DNA of 63,045 nucleotides, the filler included, from Craspedostauros australis (lineage: Eukaryota), in NCBI GenBank assembly GCA_030167865.1. It is 13 parts of 13 records of this genome, joined end to end, with 100 filler letters (N's around TTAATTAATTAA, not from the genome) between each part and the next. Parts side by side here need not be neighbours in the genome. Positions count along the whole stretch, not along the records: positions 17,168 to 48,016 come from JALAGF010000474.1; positions 48,117 to 49,479 come from JALAGF010000476.1; 11 more parts are not named here. The stretch is one strand, 5' to 3'. Position 1 is the first letter of the stretch. Every line of letters begins with the position of its first letter. Below the pieces are notes generated by a model. That model saw only the letters and a program-made list of their open reading frames with translations. It was not told the origin of the DNA and did not search any database. Position numbers and translations under genes: made by a program. Positions 36,643 to 48,362 of the stretch are shown piece after piece.

Positions 36643-38190
36643 CTACGCCAACTTGCAAACCTTGAGCGCCACGCTGACAACGAGAACGATGGGAATCATG
36701 GACGTGGCGTACATGCCAAAGAGGAACTGCGCCATCTTCGATGCCTCCTCTGGTTTGTTGGCAACCTGGAGCATGAGTACGGTGTTCTGCGCTGGCGGCA
36801 TGCAGCTCTCCAGCAGCAGGACGAACCAAACCACGGGCTTGGCCTCGAGGGATGGCAACAGAGCGACTTTGTGAAACATCTTCATGAGGCCCACCATGAG
36901 GATTGGGGAGACGAGGAATCGTGCGACGGCGACGCTGGCGTATCGCCGTCTGGAGATGGATGCTTCTTCTGCTGACAGCGCAGCTGGTGCAGCCGATGAA
37001 TCATCCGAGGAGGCGATGGATGCATCGTCAGAACCATTGACAAGTGTATTTGTATTTGTATTGGCATTTGCGTTCTGCTCTTCCCTCGCCTTGAGCACTC
37101 CCAACGCGAGAGACGAAGTGAGGACGAGCACGGCCAACGGATTGGCGGCGCGACCGAGATTCTCAAAGCAGTTGTAAATGACGGAGAGCGGCGCCCCCTT
37201 GCCATCTCCCGAACTCATGAAGAGCGGTTGCAGGGGCGACAGCGCCAATCCCATTCCGACAAAGACTCCCACGACCGGTGGTGGCAGCAGCAGCCGGGCC
37301 GTCTTGATGATCTTCTCTTTGGAAGCGAAGCACGATATCGGCTTGAGGAGCTTGGATACGATCGACGGAGTTTCTGACTGGCTGTTGTTGTTGTTGTTGT
37401 CGGCGGTGCCATTCTGTTTCTTGGATCGTGCCATGCCGACTGCTGCGGATCCAACTCGTGTCGTGGTTTCTGCCACGGCCGCCATGTTCTCTTCATCCAT
37501 GACAAGTGCAACCGTTTCCTCATCAATGTCGACGTCCATGTCCATATCCGTGGCCACCGTGACTGTGTCATCATCGGTGCCAGCAACAGCAGCAGCAGCA
37601 TTGGCGGCTGCGTTCTGTTCCTCCTCTTCCTCCTGAACGGAACCCAGCAGGATGGATCTGCCATAGGACCAGAAGAAGGGCGACCATCCCACCAACACGA
37701 GGGAGACGAAGGAGTAGCACTCCTCCACCATGCCCGGCCTTCCACGGAAGAGCGCTTCGAGGAATATCAGAGGCACCGTCGCTGCATTGCCCCATGCGCA
37801 GGACAGGGACGTGGTGCGACCCGTGATGGTGTTGGGATCCAGACCGAAGAGCGGCAGGATGATGATCTTGGAGAGGACGAAGAGCAGGAAGGCATGCAGG
37901 ACCGAAGCGATGGGCACACCCAGCGAAGTGAGGGGAAGACCCTGCGTGACGATGGTCTTGACGATGCTCGTCCCCAAGAAGCACGGCAGCAGGATGGAGA
38001 AGGTGGTCTTGCTGAGAGCGCTGACCATCGGAGCCGTGAGGAACTTCTGATGCACGCAGAAGGCGCCGACGCATCCAGCCACGCCCAATTCCGACATGGC
38101 CTTGGCCGCAGCGCCGAAGGCGGCCGAGTTACCCACCAGACTCGTGGACACCACGCTGTGAAGGCTTCTGGAAGCCGACGCCATGATCAT
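36643..38190 (-). CDS. Auxin efflux carrier family / PIN-LIKES (PILS)-type transporter
   Basis: LSKTTFSILLPC, WGNAATVPL, FFWSYG, long central loop, PPVVG, ARFLVSP, FVLLLESCMPPAQN; two hydrophobic halves. Confidence 0.85.
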   Translation of the reverse strand: MIMASASRSLHSVVSTSLVGNSAAFGAAAKAMSELGVAGCVGAFCVHQKFLTAPMVSALSKTTFSILLPCFLGTSIVKTIVTQGLPLTSLGVPIASVLHAFLLFVLSKIIILPLFGLDPNTITGRTTSLSCAWGNAATVPLIFLEALFRGRPGMVEECYSFVSLVLVGWSPFFWSYGRSILLGSVQEEEEEQNAAANAAAAVAGTDDDTVTVATDMDMDVDIDEETVALVMDEENMAAVAETTTRVGSAAVGMARSKKQNGTADNNNNNSQSETPSIVSKLLKPISCFASKEKIIKTARLLLPPPVVGVFVGMGLALSPLQPLFMSSGDGKGAPLSVIYNCFENLGRAANPLAVLVLTSSLALGVLKAREEQNANANTNTNTLVNGSDDASIASSDDSSAAPAALSAEEASISRRRYASVAVARFLVSPILMVGLMKMFHKVALLPSLEAKPVVWFVLLLESCMPPAQNTVLMLQVANKPEEASKMAQFLFGMYATSMIPIVLVVSVALKVCKLA

Positions 38191-39707
38191 GCTATTCTAT
38201 TATATTCTGTTGGTATCGTGTTGGTATTCTGTTCGTATTCGTGGAGTCTGTTCTGTTCTCTTCTGTTATGCTCTGCTCTGTGCGTGAGGTCTTTGTTGTC
38301 TGTGCTTTGCTTTGCTTGCTTCTCAGTGTGCTATTGTTGGTACAGTGCTTGCAATGTTTGCAGTGTTCGCAGTGTTCGCAGTGTTTGACTTCGTTTGCGT
38401 GGTTGATTTGTGACTGCCACTGCTGCGAGTAGGTCGTATGGATGCTGATGTCTCGGAAAGCAATCTGAACGAAGGTGATCGTGGTTGCGACTGTGGCTGT
38501 AACTGCAATCGCAGTGAAGGAAGGAATGACGTAAGGATCGAATTCTGTTCCAACTGCCGGCGTGTTCGTACGACCCACGTGTACTATTACAAATACAATG
38601 TATTCTACTAGTTAGTCTGAGTATGAGTATTGTACGGCAACAGTTGGAACTTTGGTTTCGCTTCTGCACACAGGCACCACTCTAATCGTAGGTAACGTTG
38701 GGGTATGATAGTCTTCCTTGCTCGAGCCGAAATGCCTGTGGTACGACCGAGTGCTCACGGATCCGCTTGGCGGCCTTCTTGCCTTGATGTTGGAGTTAAG
38801 TTTTCCCGTCTCGCAACAGTCGACGACCAACAATGAAGAGCGGGTCACAAGGAGCTTCAATGCAACAGGTAGCTCTGATCACGGGTTCCTTGCGTCAGGT
38901 CACGATGAGTCCGACGTGGTCTTCGCGATCAGTTGCTTTGATGAGTTTCCGAATGAGAGGCCAACGACATGGGACGAATGAAGTGGAAACAAAGGTACAA
39001 GAACAGCGCAAACGCAACAAGGGATACGATCGCCGCACTTTCTTGGTCCAACACACCGCCACATCGCCACAATGCAACGCCGACGATCTTGTGTCGGTCA
39101 TCGCGCGACAGACATCACAAGCGACAAAGTGGCGCAAAAAGACGAGGCCTCAGACGCCACCGAATTCGCGATACTCCCTCCACGCCGCCATCGTCGTGAT
39201 CGATCGTGTTCGGTCTGCGATTCGTTGGACCGCGCGCATGCGTCCACGTTTGGAACAACGTCAGCATGCGATTGGATGAGCGGAAATGACGAACGCAACC
39301 AACCGAAACAAGCGAATAGATCACTGTTCTTCACAAATCAATCCCGTTTCTTCGTTCCATCCACGAGTTCACGTTCGTCATTGTACGATAAGAGTATTCA
39401 TCAGGAACTACGTCTGTATTACGTACGTTGTCACAGAACCTTTTGAGATCTCCGTTCTGGTCATAATTTCTCACACAGAAAAGACTGAAGATCGCTTCAC
39501 CCACGACGATGACACCCCTCGATTCCATCCAGCCGAAGAGGACATGATCACCGCCAACATCTCCAACACAACGAGGACACAACAATCCCCACAATCACTG
39601 ACGACCACCTGATCAGCAGCTCCTTTCGCTCTGCCTTCTTTCCTTCCCTCCTTCCTTTCTCCCTTCCACGCTACTACACCGTTCAACGGAATCAATCACT
39701 TGCAACC

Positions 39708-39956
39708 ATGGCGGACATGATGTACTTTATGGGTCAGAACAAGAAGAAGGAGGAGACCAAGAAGAAGGAACGCCAGGACAAGGCCAAGCTCAAGGATGTC
39801 AACATGTGCAAGCCAAGCTTCGACAACGCCATCCTCAACGAGCAGCACGAGCGCGAGAAGAAGTCCAAGGAGGTCGAGCGATCGCAGCCCAAGGAGAATG
39901 CCAAGTTCGACATGGCCAACGCCCTGTTCGGATCCAGTGGGAAGGGAACCGAGTAG
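39708..39956 (+). CDS. Small charged hypothetical protein, 82 aa
   Basis: Kozak-like accATGg start; strong G/C third-position bias (AAG, GAG, AAC, GAC); pyrimidine-rich leader. Confidence 0.7.
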   Translation: MADMMYFMGQNKKKEETKKKERQDKAKLKDVNMCKPSFDNAILNEQHEREKKSKEVERSQPKENAKFDMANALFGSSGKGTE

Positions 39957-41819
39957 ATGCCCCACTCTTCTCTGCTCGACTGTATTCTGGGGTGCTCTCT
40001 CTCTCTAGAGTGGGCTACAGTTGATTGCGACACTGCAACACGCTGGTGGAGGAAGACCGGTGCACATGGGCGACGGAGGCAATGAACGTGGGAATACCTA
40101 CCATTTGAGCCCATGCTCTCCTTTGCTTGCGCTCGGATTTTCAAGAGTGCCGGTGCAAGCATCCTCCCATCCACCAACCCACTATCAATAATCGTGCACG
40201 CATCACTCCATCTACGAACGCGGGTCCGACACCAACGCATGGCAAAGGATACACTAAACACTGCACACGGAACTCAAGTTGGAGTCGCACTCGATTCCAC
40301 CACACGGGGTGAATAGCTCGCGCCGAGCTGTTTGGAGAGCGCCAAGCACCAACGTGCTCGAGGGGAGTATGTGGGAAGGGTGCAACAATCTTATCATCTT
40401 CAACACATTCGTCATGAAAGGAACATAATGCATTTACTCCACAGGAATCAGATAGCAATACGATACGATTACACACCTACTGGTACGATTATGAAACACA
40501 AGCCAATGTCGTCTCAGAGGCTCAGAATGTGTCCACTATTGTTGCATTGCGTTATGATATGGTGCATGTTTTGCGACCAACCGTACGAGCATGGCACATG
40601 TACAAGTTTTATAGAAAGGCCTCATGAAGCATAGCAGGATCGCAGCTGCAACGCCGGCTTGGGTGTCACCGTTTCGCTCAGGTGGGTCCCAAACGTGTCG
40701 CATCGCCCAGCGACATCAGAAAGGAAGATATCAAACCAATTGCTCTGGAGTAGAGAAGAGCTTGGGATATGGGCAATCGCAGTGCCAACAGCAATGGCAA
40801 GACATGTCATGGCCCGTGGTGCGGTCTGGATTCGAATCATCAGCAGCCGCGCGCACGCACATCAACGTCCGATGCGCTGTCGGAAACGAAGATTCAGCAC
40901 ATGTTGGACGGGTGCATCCGTGAGATCAAACGCAGCAACTTTTCCTGAGACCTGCAGAGCCATCAGTTTGGAGACGTCCCTCAGTTTTCACTGCACGCAC
41001 CACCAGCCACGCCTGTTCATACCGATGCTCAAAGAGATACGTTGCAGCCACAAACCGCAAATGATGAGACAGAGGCACTGTCTCACAGGATCCACCATTA
41101 CTGAAATCGTGTGCAATGGCGTCGGCAACTTCTCCCATGGCTCGCCATCATTGTCGGCCATATCGAAAACCATGCAGCTGTTGGCATGCGCTTGTACCTT
41201 GCGCAACATCATGCACGGACTGCACCGCCGCCACCAACAACAAGCTGACAGTCGCAATATGCTCCACTTCATCAAGTTGGACTCGATTCCTACAAGCCAT
41301 GCATGATGCCCACAAGGTCCACTATCGTTTCCCACAAAGCTCCTTCCACACCAACGAAACCAACGAATGCGGAAAGCATTTGATCGGCAATGGCGACCAC
41401 GACAATGACAGCGGTGGCTGAACCATGCTTTTCATGTTGCATTGGTCAATGATGCTGCACAGCAACGTGCTGCAGACCAACTGGGATCATCTGCAATTCA
41501 TGCACAGAAGACCTTGCGCATCTCGCGGCCCAACCAAACCGCGCTGTGAACGATACAGGACTGCATGGAGCAGCATGCTGTGCACATCACCAAAGGCGAC
41601 GTTGAAGGAATGCCGGACGCACCATTGAATGAATGAATCACTAATTGCTCCAGCTCCTTTCACATAGTTACTATCCTAATGAGTATTCTGACGACTATGT
41701 CTATCCATCGACTCAATTCTGTCATGCGTCCACTTCTTGAAGACTTCTGTTATGATTTGGTATAGTCTGACACTTCACTCCTCTTCCTCGGCAGCGCCGT
41801 CCACCACAATCACTTCGGA

Positions 41820-43826
41820 TCAATTGGTCCTCATACAGCGGACAAAGTCCACCAATGTCGCCCGATCCATGTATGAATCCACATGTGCTGTGCCCTCATC
41901 CTCATCTAGGACCTTGTGCAGCTCCATCATGGACATACGGCTGTACTCATCATCAATGCCATCACTCTCCATTCTACCATGGCAGAGAACATGAATGTCT
42001 CTCATCAGTTGATGGTATGGAATCAGCTTGCTGAAATCTGGATGAGTGAACATATCTTTCTCACTGTCAGCTGCCATTCTCATTGCTGCATCCTTCAACA
42101 CCAGGCAGTTGTGCTGATGGGCGAATATCAACGCATCTATCATGGTGTCCTGTGTGAGATGCTTGCGGGCCAACTCTGCTTCAAGAACAAGCTTGAGTCG
42201 CCAGAAGCCGAACTCGTTGGCCACAAGGATCAGCTGTTGCAGATCATCCTGTCCAGTGAGGATGGGAGTTGGAAGGTGAGAGGCATCTGCATCGTAGTGA
42301 GCATCGGCGTGAGCGCCGACATGAGCTCCGATGTGAGCAGCAACGTTGTCACGAGCGCTGTCATCAAGGGATATCTCGCCTGTGTAGATGCATTGGAGGA
42401 CGTATCGGACGTGTTTTGGTTGAAGGTTGGGAAGAGGGATGGTTGTTTGGATGGGTTCAGTCCCGTCGTGAGCGTCGTCATGAGCGTCATCATGAGCGCA
42501 TTGATTTTGGATTCCAGAGCTGATCAATGTCTCAATGGATGGCACAGTGACCATGAGGACTCCGGAGTTTGCCTTGATTGCTTGTTGTTGGTCGTCCCCT
42601 TGTCCACAGAGGAAGGTAACGTCTGCGATGACCTCGGCACGAATAGCGGCACGACGATCTTGGTCGATGCTGATCTTCAGATGTTGCTTCAACTGCTGTT
42701 TCAGTTGTTCATTCTCCCGTTGACTTCTCAAGAGCATGCACTGCATTTCTTCCTTCTGCTGTTTCAATTGCCATATCAGTTGTTCGTTCTCCTGCTCCTT
42801 CTGTTTCTTCTCTTCTTCCTCCCGTTCCAACTGCCGTTTCATTTGTTCATTCTCCCATCGACTTCTCGAGAGCATGCACTGCATTTCTTCCTTCTGCTGT
42901 TTCAACTGCCGTTTCAGTTGTTCGTTCTCCTGCTCCTTCTGTTTCTTCTCTTCTTCCTCCCGTTCCAACTGCTGTTTCAATTGTTCATTCTCTTGTCGAT
43001 GTTTCGAGAGCATGCGCTGCATTTCTTCCTTCTGCTGTTTCGATTGCCATTTCAGTTGTTTGCTCTCCTGCTCCTTCTGTTTCAACTGCTGCTGCAGTTG
43101 CGAGTTGCAGGAACTCAGATGATCAAGATGGTTTATCATCTTGATTTGGAGTTTTGCACCGATCATTTCGAGGGGCGTTTTGTTGTCGTCGTTTTGGATG
43201 TCGGTATCGGCATTGGCTGATGCAACGAGGTACTTGACACACTCCAGGTAGCCGTTGGAGCACGCATCATGAAGTGGAGTGTCACCACAGTTGTCTTTGC
43301 AGTTGATGTCAGCCCCACATGATGCAACGAGGTACTTCACACACTCCAGCTGACCATTGCGGCATGCCCAATGAAGGGGAGCCCAACCACGGTTGTTTTT
43401 GCAGTTGATGTTCGCCCCACATGATTCGATGAGGTATTTCACACACCCCAGGTGACCGTTGGAGCATGCCCAATGAAGGGGAGTGGAACCACAGTTATTT
43501 TTGCAGTTGATGTTCGCCTCACATGAATCGATGAGGTACTTCACACACTTCAGGTGGCCGTTGGAGCATGCATCATGAAGGGGAGTGGAAGTATTGTCGG
43601 CTTTGCAGTTGATGTTCGCCCCACATATTTTGATGAGGTACTGCACACACTCCAGGTGGCCGTTGTGGCATGCCACATGAAGGGGAGTCCGACCAATCCT
43701 GTCTGTAACCTTGTTGACATCACCTCCTTCATTCTGCGTCTTGTTCTGCTTCTTCCATTCCTTCAGCACCGACACGTCACCTGCACAGGCAGCATCAATG
43801 AGTCGTTTGTTCGTAACATTCGGCAT
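41820..43826 (-). CDS. Ankyrin-repeat - coiled-coil - BTB/POZ protein (intronless; start MPNVT at 43826)
   Basis: Five 34-aa (T/A)PLHxAC.NG.L.CV.YL repeats; 46-aa coiled-coil repeats; BTB-like ADVTFLCG...IKANSGVL...VLQCIYTG...LILVANEFG...LKDAAM. Confidence 0.88.
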   Translation of the reverse strand: MPNVTNKRLIDAACAGDVSVLKEWKKQNKTQNEGGDVNKVTDRIGRTPLHVACHNGHLECVQYLIKICGANINCKADNTSTPLHDACSNGHLKCVKYLIDSCEANINCKNNCGSTPLHWACSNGHLGCVKYLIESCGANINCKNNRGWAPLHWACRNGQLECVKYLVASCGADINCKDNCGDTPLHDACSNGYLECVKYLVASANADTDIQNDDNKTPLEMIGAKLQIKMINHLDHLSSCNSQLQQQLKQKEQESKQLKWQSKQQKEEMQRMLSKHRQENEQLKQQLEREEEEKKQKEQENEQLKRQLKQQKEEMQCMLSRSRWENEQMKRQLEREEEEKKQKEQENEQLIWQLKQQKEEMQCMLLRSQRENEQLKQQLKQHLKISIDQDRRAAIRAEVIADVTFLCGQGDDQQQAIKANSGVLMVTVPSIETLISSGIQNQCAHDDAHDDAHDGTEPIQTTIPLPNLQPKHVRYVLQCIYTGEISLDDSARDNVAAHIGAHVGAHADAHYDADASHLPTPILTGQDDLQQLILVANEFGFWRLKLVLEAELARKHLTQDTMIDALIFAHQHNCLVLKDAAMRMAADSEKDMFTHPDFSKLIPYHQLMRDIHVLCHGRMESDGIDDEYSRMSMMELHKVLDEDEGTAHVDSYMDRATLVDFVRCMRTN

Positions 43827-44236
43827 TTTGAGAGGATGGTCGATGGTTGCTGGACGATTGATGTTGGATGATTGATGTTGGACGATTAGAGTTGGATTGG
43901 ATGTTGAGGAAGTGTGGAGTCTGAGCAATTATACCTATGGCAGAGATATCGATCGTGTGTCTTCAATAGCTTGTATTGGTACGAGTATCATATCGTACGC
44001 TTTGTGATGAATATGCATGGCAATTCGATGTCTGTTATTGATTTGTTGGAGTATGGGGTTGAGCGGTGTGTGCGGTTGCCTCGTCTCTCTGTTTGTCTGC
44101 TTCTTGATCGCACCCTGGTTTGGGAGAGGGCACCAGCGCTGTCCGGAGAGTGCAGATCCTTCCTTTTGCTGACTGCAAACTGGCGCACACAACAACGATA
44201 AGAAGGAAAAGAAGGGCACGCGCCCCACAAGATCGC

Positions 44237-44603
44237 TGTTGCGAACGCGAGAACACCACAAATGGGAATCGTCGATTCTCGCTTCACCGCTTTTGCGTGT
44301 GCAGAGATGTGCCCAATTTCACGAATTCTGTGTCAATGAAGTACTTTATTAGCTTCTTTCATGAGAAGGACACATCAGAAATACGTTCAAATGAGATCTC
44401 TGATCGTCAACTCGAAACAACTGACAGCTTTCACTGTACTTCTTAACTCTTTACTAATCGTATTAATCAAATACTGGTCGGAGATTGTCCTCGGACAACC
44501 CACAATAAAACAAGAGCTTCAACCAGGGCACGCAACAACGGGCCAATCAGTCTCAGTAGATACTTGTGCATTTGACAGATTAAGAGTCGTGATATCACCA
44601 ACA
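44237..44603 (+). mobile_element. Putative 5' LTR of the adjacent CoDi-like element
   Basis: TGTTG (44237)...CAACA (44603) inverted termini, AT-rich core, 28 nt before the gag ATG at 44632. Confidence 0.55.
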
Positions 44604-44631
44604 AGCTTATCACTATAACACCACTTCCACC

Positions 44632-47600
44632 ATGACAAGAACGATCAACAACAAGGCAGTAGCAGGATACATCAAGGAGCTTGTTGGGCTGAATGAGCAG
44701 CAGGTGTCTTTCATCACACATACTCTTGGACGCATCGACAATGCCATCCGCCTCACCGACCAATAAATCGTGGACTCTTTGGTTCATTCCCCCACCCTCA
44801 ACACAATCAACAACGGGAACATCATGTGCATCTTCGAATACGCACGACACAACACCGTGGGCGATACAACGAACTGGGAAGCCATCCATGACTTCAATGA
44901 AGGTCGCGACTACAAACTTCCAACCATCAACTTGTCGGTGTCAATCTCAATGACCAAGCTTTGTCTTGAGATGGACATGAAGACAGCGGCCGAAGCAGTA
45001 CAAGCCAACAAAATGGTTGTACGATCACCGCAACAAGGAGGCGCGAACGTGCGCTCCCCATCAACACCTACCAACTGGCGCTATGACAAAGTCTCAATGC
45101 CAGACACTCTCCCTTTCTCCAGTCTGAATCAAGACTGGCAAGATTGGAAGATATCATTTGAGCATTCCATGGCAATCACTCGATTTGCCAAGTGCATGGA
45201 ACACAAACATCCAGAAGGATACAACCTGCATGTCAACTGAAAGCTTCACTCAGTCATCAACACATTGACCTACCAAGGGAACACAGACTTCCTTGTCTCT
45301 GCCAACCGCAACAGCGGTCATGATGCTTATCAAGCATTAAGCCAGCTCTACAAACCCAAGGAAAGTAAGGCGCAAACAGTTGCTGAACAAGAGGTCTATT
45401 TGACCCAGCTCTCCTTTGACAGATCAGAGCCATTCACCAAGTACATCAACACGTTATCCAAGTCCATTCAAGTCATGAAGGACAATGGAAAGGAGATGAC
45501 GGACGAGCACATCATTGCCCAATTCTTCCGTAACATTCGAGACAAGCGCTATATGAGCGAGGTATCACGCCTTCGGAAGGAGAAACTCTCCTTTGCGGAG
45601 ATCCGCAAGGAACTGATGGATCACGACCACGTGTTGACCAACATCGAGGCACATCAATCACCACGGCGCAACCACCGATTCCAGAACAAGCAGGGCGGAC
45701 GCAACGACCGCAAACGACCCTACGACGGTCCATCCGGCGAACGCAGATCCGCGCCCGCACTTTGGCTGACGGACAGCGTCTTCAGACGCCTCCCAGCCTG
45801 CCAACAGGCACTCGTTGTGGAAACCGCGCGGTATTACCGCAAGAACGGGAAGAACATCGACGACGAGACCCTCAAGAAACTCAAGCCAGCAGAGTTCTCA
45901 AAGAATCTCCAGCTCCCGCTCACATGCAGAGCAGCCAAGCGCGACCGGCCCCACGGGACTCCAACTCGCAACGGCAAGAAACGCGGATCATACGGCGACA
46001 GCTCTTGACAACCAACGACGGGCACACTTCGCCATCAGTCCAAGGTTGCCATCCATATCAAGCCGCGCGACTGTAGGGGGCGACGCGCACAGCTGCAGAG
46101 GGACGGCCCAAGCGTGCACACATTGTGGAACCCCGAGTGCCGCCGTCAAGCATAACCCACCCGATTGTCGAGCACTGTCTACGCAGGGCAAGAGAGATGG
46201 ACGGTAGCCAGAGCTACATCATCTTGGACTCAGGGGCGGGCGGCGACATCGTACATGAATCCGGCTGAGTGGTGACCTGAAAACACAAGCAGACTTTCCA
46301 AGCCCGCGGGGCAACGATGGAATCGCAAATCGAGACCTTCCAGATGGTCAACGCGGTGGCAGCGTATGAATCACCCACAGGGGATGTGGTCCTGATCAAA
46401 GCAAACTATGTGGCGCTCGATGAGCACCCAAGGCAGACAGAATCATTGATGAATACTCATCATATGCGCGCGTCCGGACTGAACGTCTACGATTGCCTAC
46501 TTCAACACCAAGAGCAGCAGCACATCGCATCAGGGGGATCAGTATACTACTGGCCAATCATGATGGCAACACTCTGCGCATACCCATACGGAAACCAACA
46601 GCTCCCGAGCTCGAAAACACAACTAAGCATATCACGATATGCGACAGACACCAACGACTTGGACGCAACAACCAACAGGTTGACTTTGGCGAAGTATTCA
46701 AGCATCTCCCACAACAGGTGGTAGAGAAGACGATGGCGGCATCAACCCAGCTGGCGGACAGACCGATCGAGGCCGAGTCACGACTCATCCCACGGCACTA
46801 CCGTACACAGCGCCCAGGGGTTTTGCAACCGCACAGACTACACGGAAGCGTCGACACGGATCCATTCTTTTCCACCGTCCAGTCGATCCGACACTACAAA
46901 TGCTTCCAGCTGTTCATACACAGCGAGTCCAAACTCATCTGGACCAAGCCACTTCGACGCGAGGCGATGGCGCCAGGGGCGCTAACAGACTTCATCCTCA
47001 ATGTTGGAGCACCAGGCCTACTCATATCCGACAACTCACAAGTTCAGTCGGGCAAGGCATGGAAGGCAATCACATCAAAACACATGATCAAGCACTCGTT
47101 CACAACACCGATGAACCAAAACCAGAGCCGGGCGGAGCGCGCTATTGGAGACATCAAGCGGCATGCGTATCAACTGATTTGGGTGGCGTCCGCGCCACTC
47201 GAGTTCTGGTGCTACGCTGTGCAGCACGCTGTCGACGTTTGAAACTTCACGGCTGAGGCCAGCATCCAATGGAAGACACCGATCGAGCTCGCTCAGGGCA
47301 ACACTCCTGACATCTCCATGTTTCAATTCACCTTCTTCCAACCAGTGTGGTTCTTCGAACCAATGACGAAGTTCCCAGCACATCCATTCAAGCCGGGATA
47401 TTTCCTGGGCATTGCATGGGATCATGGCGATCCATTTACGTATCACATCTGGTCACAGAAGGCGGACGACATCAAGAAAGGCATGGCACTTGTCCGGAAC
47501 ATCGTGAAGCCACGCATTTTGGAGAATGCCGAGGTGCCACGGATCACTGACAAGGAGATACAGCGGATCGCTCAACTCGACCTCATACACTACAAGACCA

Positions 47601-47934
47601 GGGGCGCTTCAGGGAACAGGGTGCGCATGAAGACGATGCCAGCTGAGCTCGCTCGACAGGTCCGAGAGGCCATCGACGCGATTGCTGTGCGGTCAGGGGC
47701 GGCGGCTTGCATTCCGGAACCTGGACCCGAACGGGTCAGGGGCGTCGAGGTCGACGCAAATACTACTCCATCGGAGGATCAATGGTTTGGGCGGCCGAAC
47801 ATCGTACCAGACGACGATGGCGTGCGCGGACAGGACGCCGCTGGCGTGATATCGGATGACGACGATGACGGCGACGACATACCAAATGATGACATCTCTG
47901 TGAAGTCCGAAGGCTTGGAGGCGGAACCTATGCC
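44632..47934 (+). pseudogene. Diatom-type Copia gag - protease - integrase, degenerate
   Basis: gag with in-frame stops; protease YIILDSGAGG near 46215; INT VDTDPFFS, GAPGLLISDN, QNQSRAERAIG, TPDISMFQFTFFQPVWF; paralogous to 49580-52018. Confidence 0.88.
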
Positions 47935-48362
47935 TGTCGAGATGTACATGTGAGTATATGTCGAGATGTACGAGTATATGTGCATCGTTCACCCGCTATT
48001 CTCTCATACACACTTGNNNNNNNNNNNNNNNNNNNNNNNNNNNNNNNNNNNNNNNNNNNNTTAATTAATTAANNNNNNNNNNNNNNNNNNNNNNNNNNNN
48101 NNNNNNNNNNNNNNNNCAAGATTCGCACGTGTCACACCCAAGATCCAAGTCTGTCCTGATTGGGCAGATTGGCTCATCTTGGCAAGAAATCAATTTCCAC
48201 GACATTTTTGGATCTGTGATTGAGGGAAAANGATTCTTGCGACGCGAAATGCGACACAAATCTGACACAACGGATTTTCGACCAAAATTTCCNTTCGGAA
48301 CGGAAAAGGTAAGAAAAGTGGAGATTTCTGATTGGTCGACGGGTGTCGCTATTGTTAGAGAT

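Noticed and set aside
41916..43220. 434-aa plus-strand Leu/Phe-rich ORF
   Set aside because: Antisense shadow of the coiled-coil/BTB gene
42690..43700. Regular repeats as a CRISPR-like array
   Set aside because: In-frame coding repeats (102 and 138 bp) without unique spacers; eukaryotic context and no cas genes
48116..48312. Possible DNA-transposon terminus (ttcggaacggaaaaggtaa)
   Set aside because: No partner TIR or clean TTAA target site is visible; next to a gap and contains Ns
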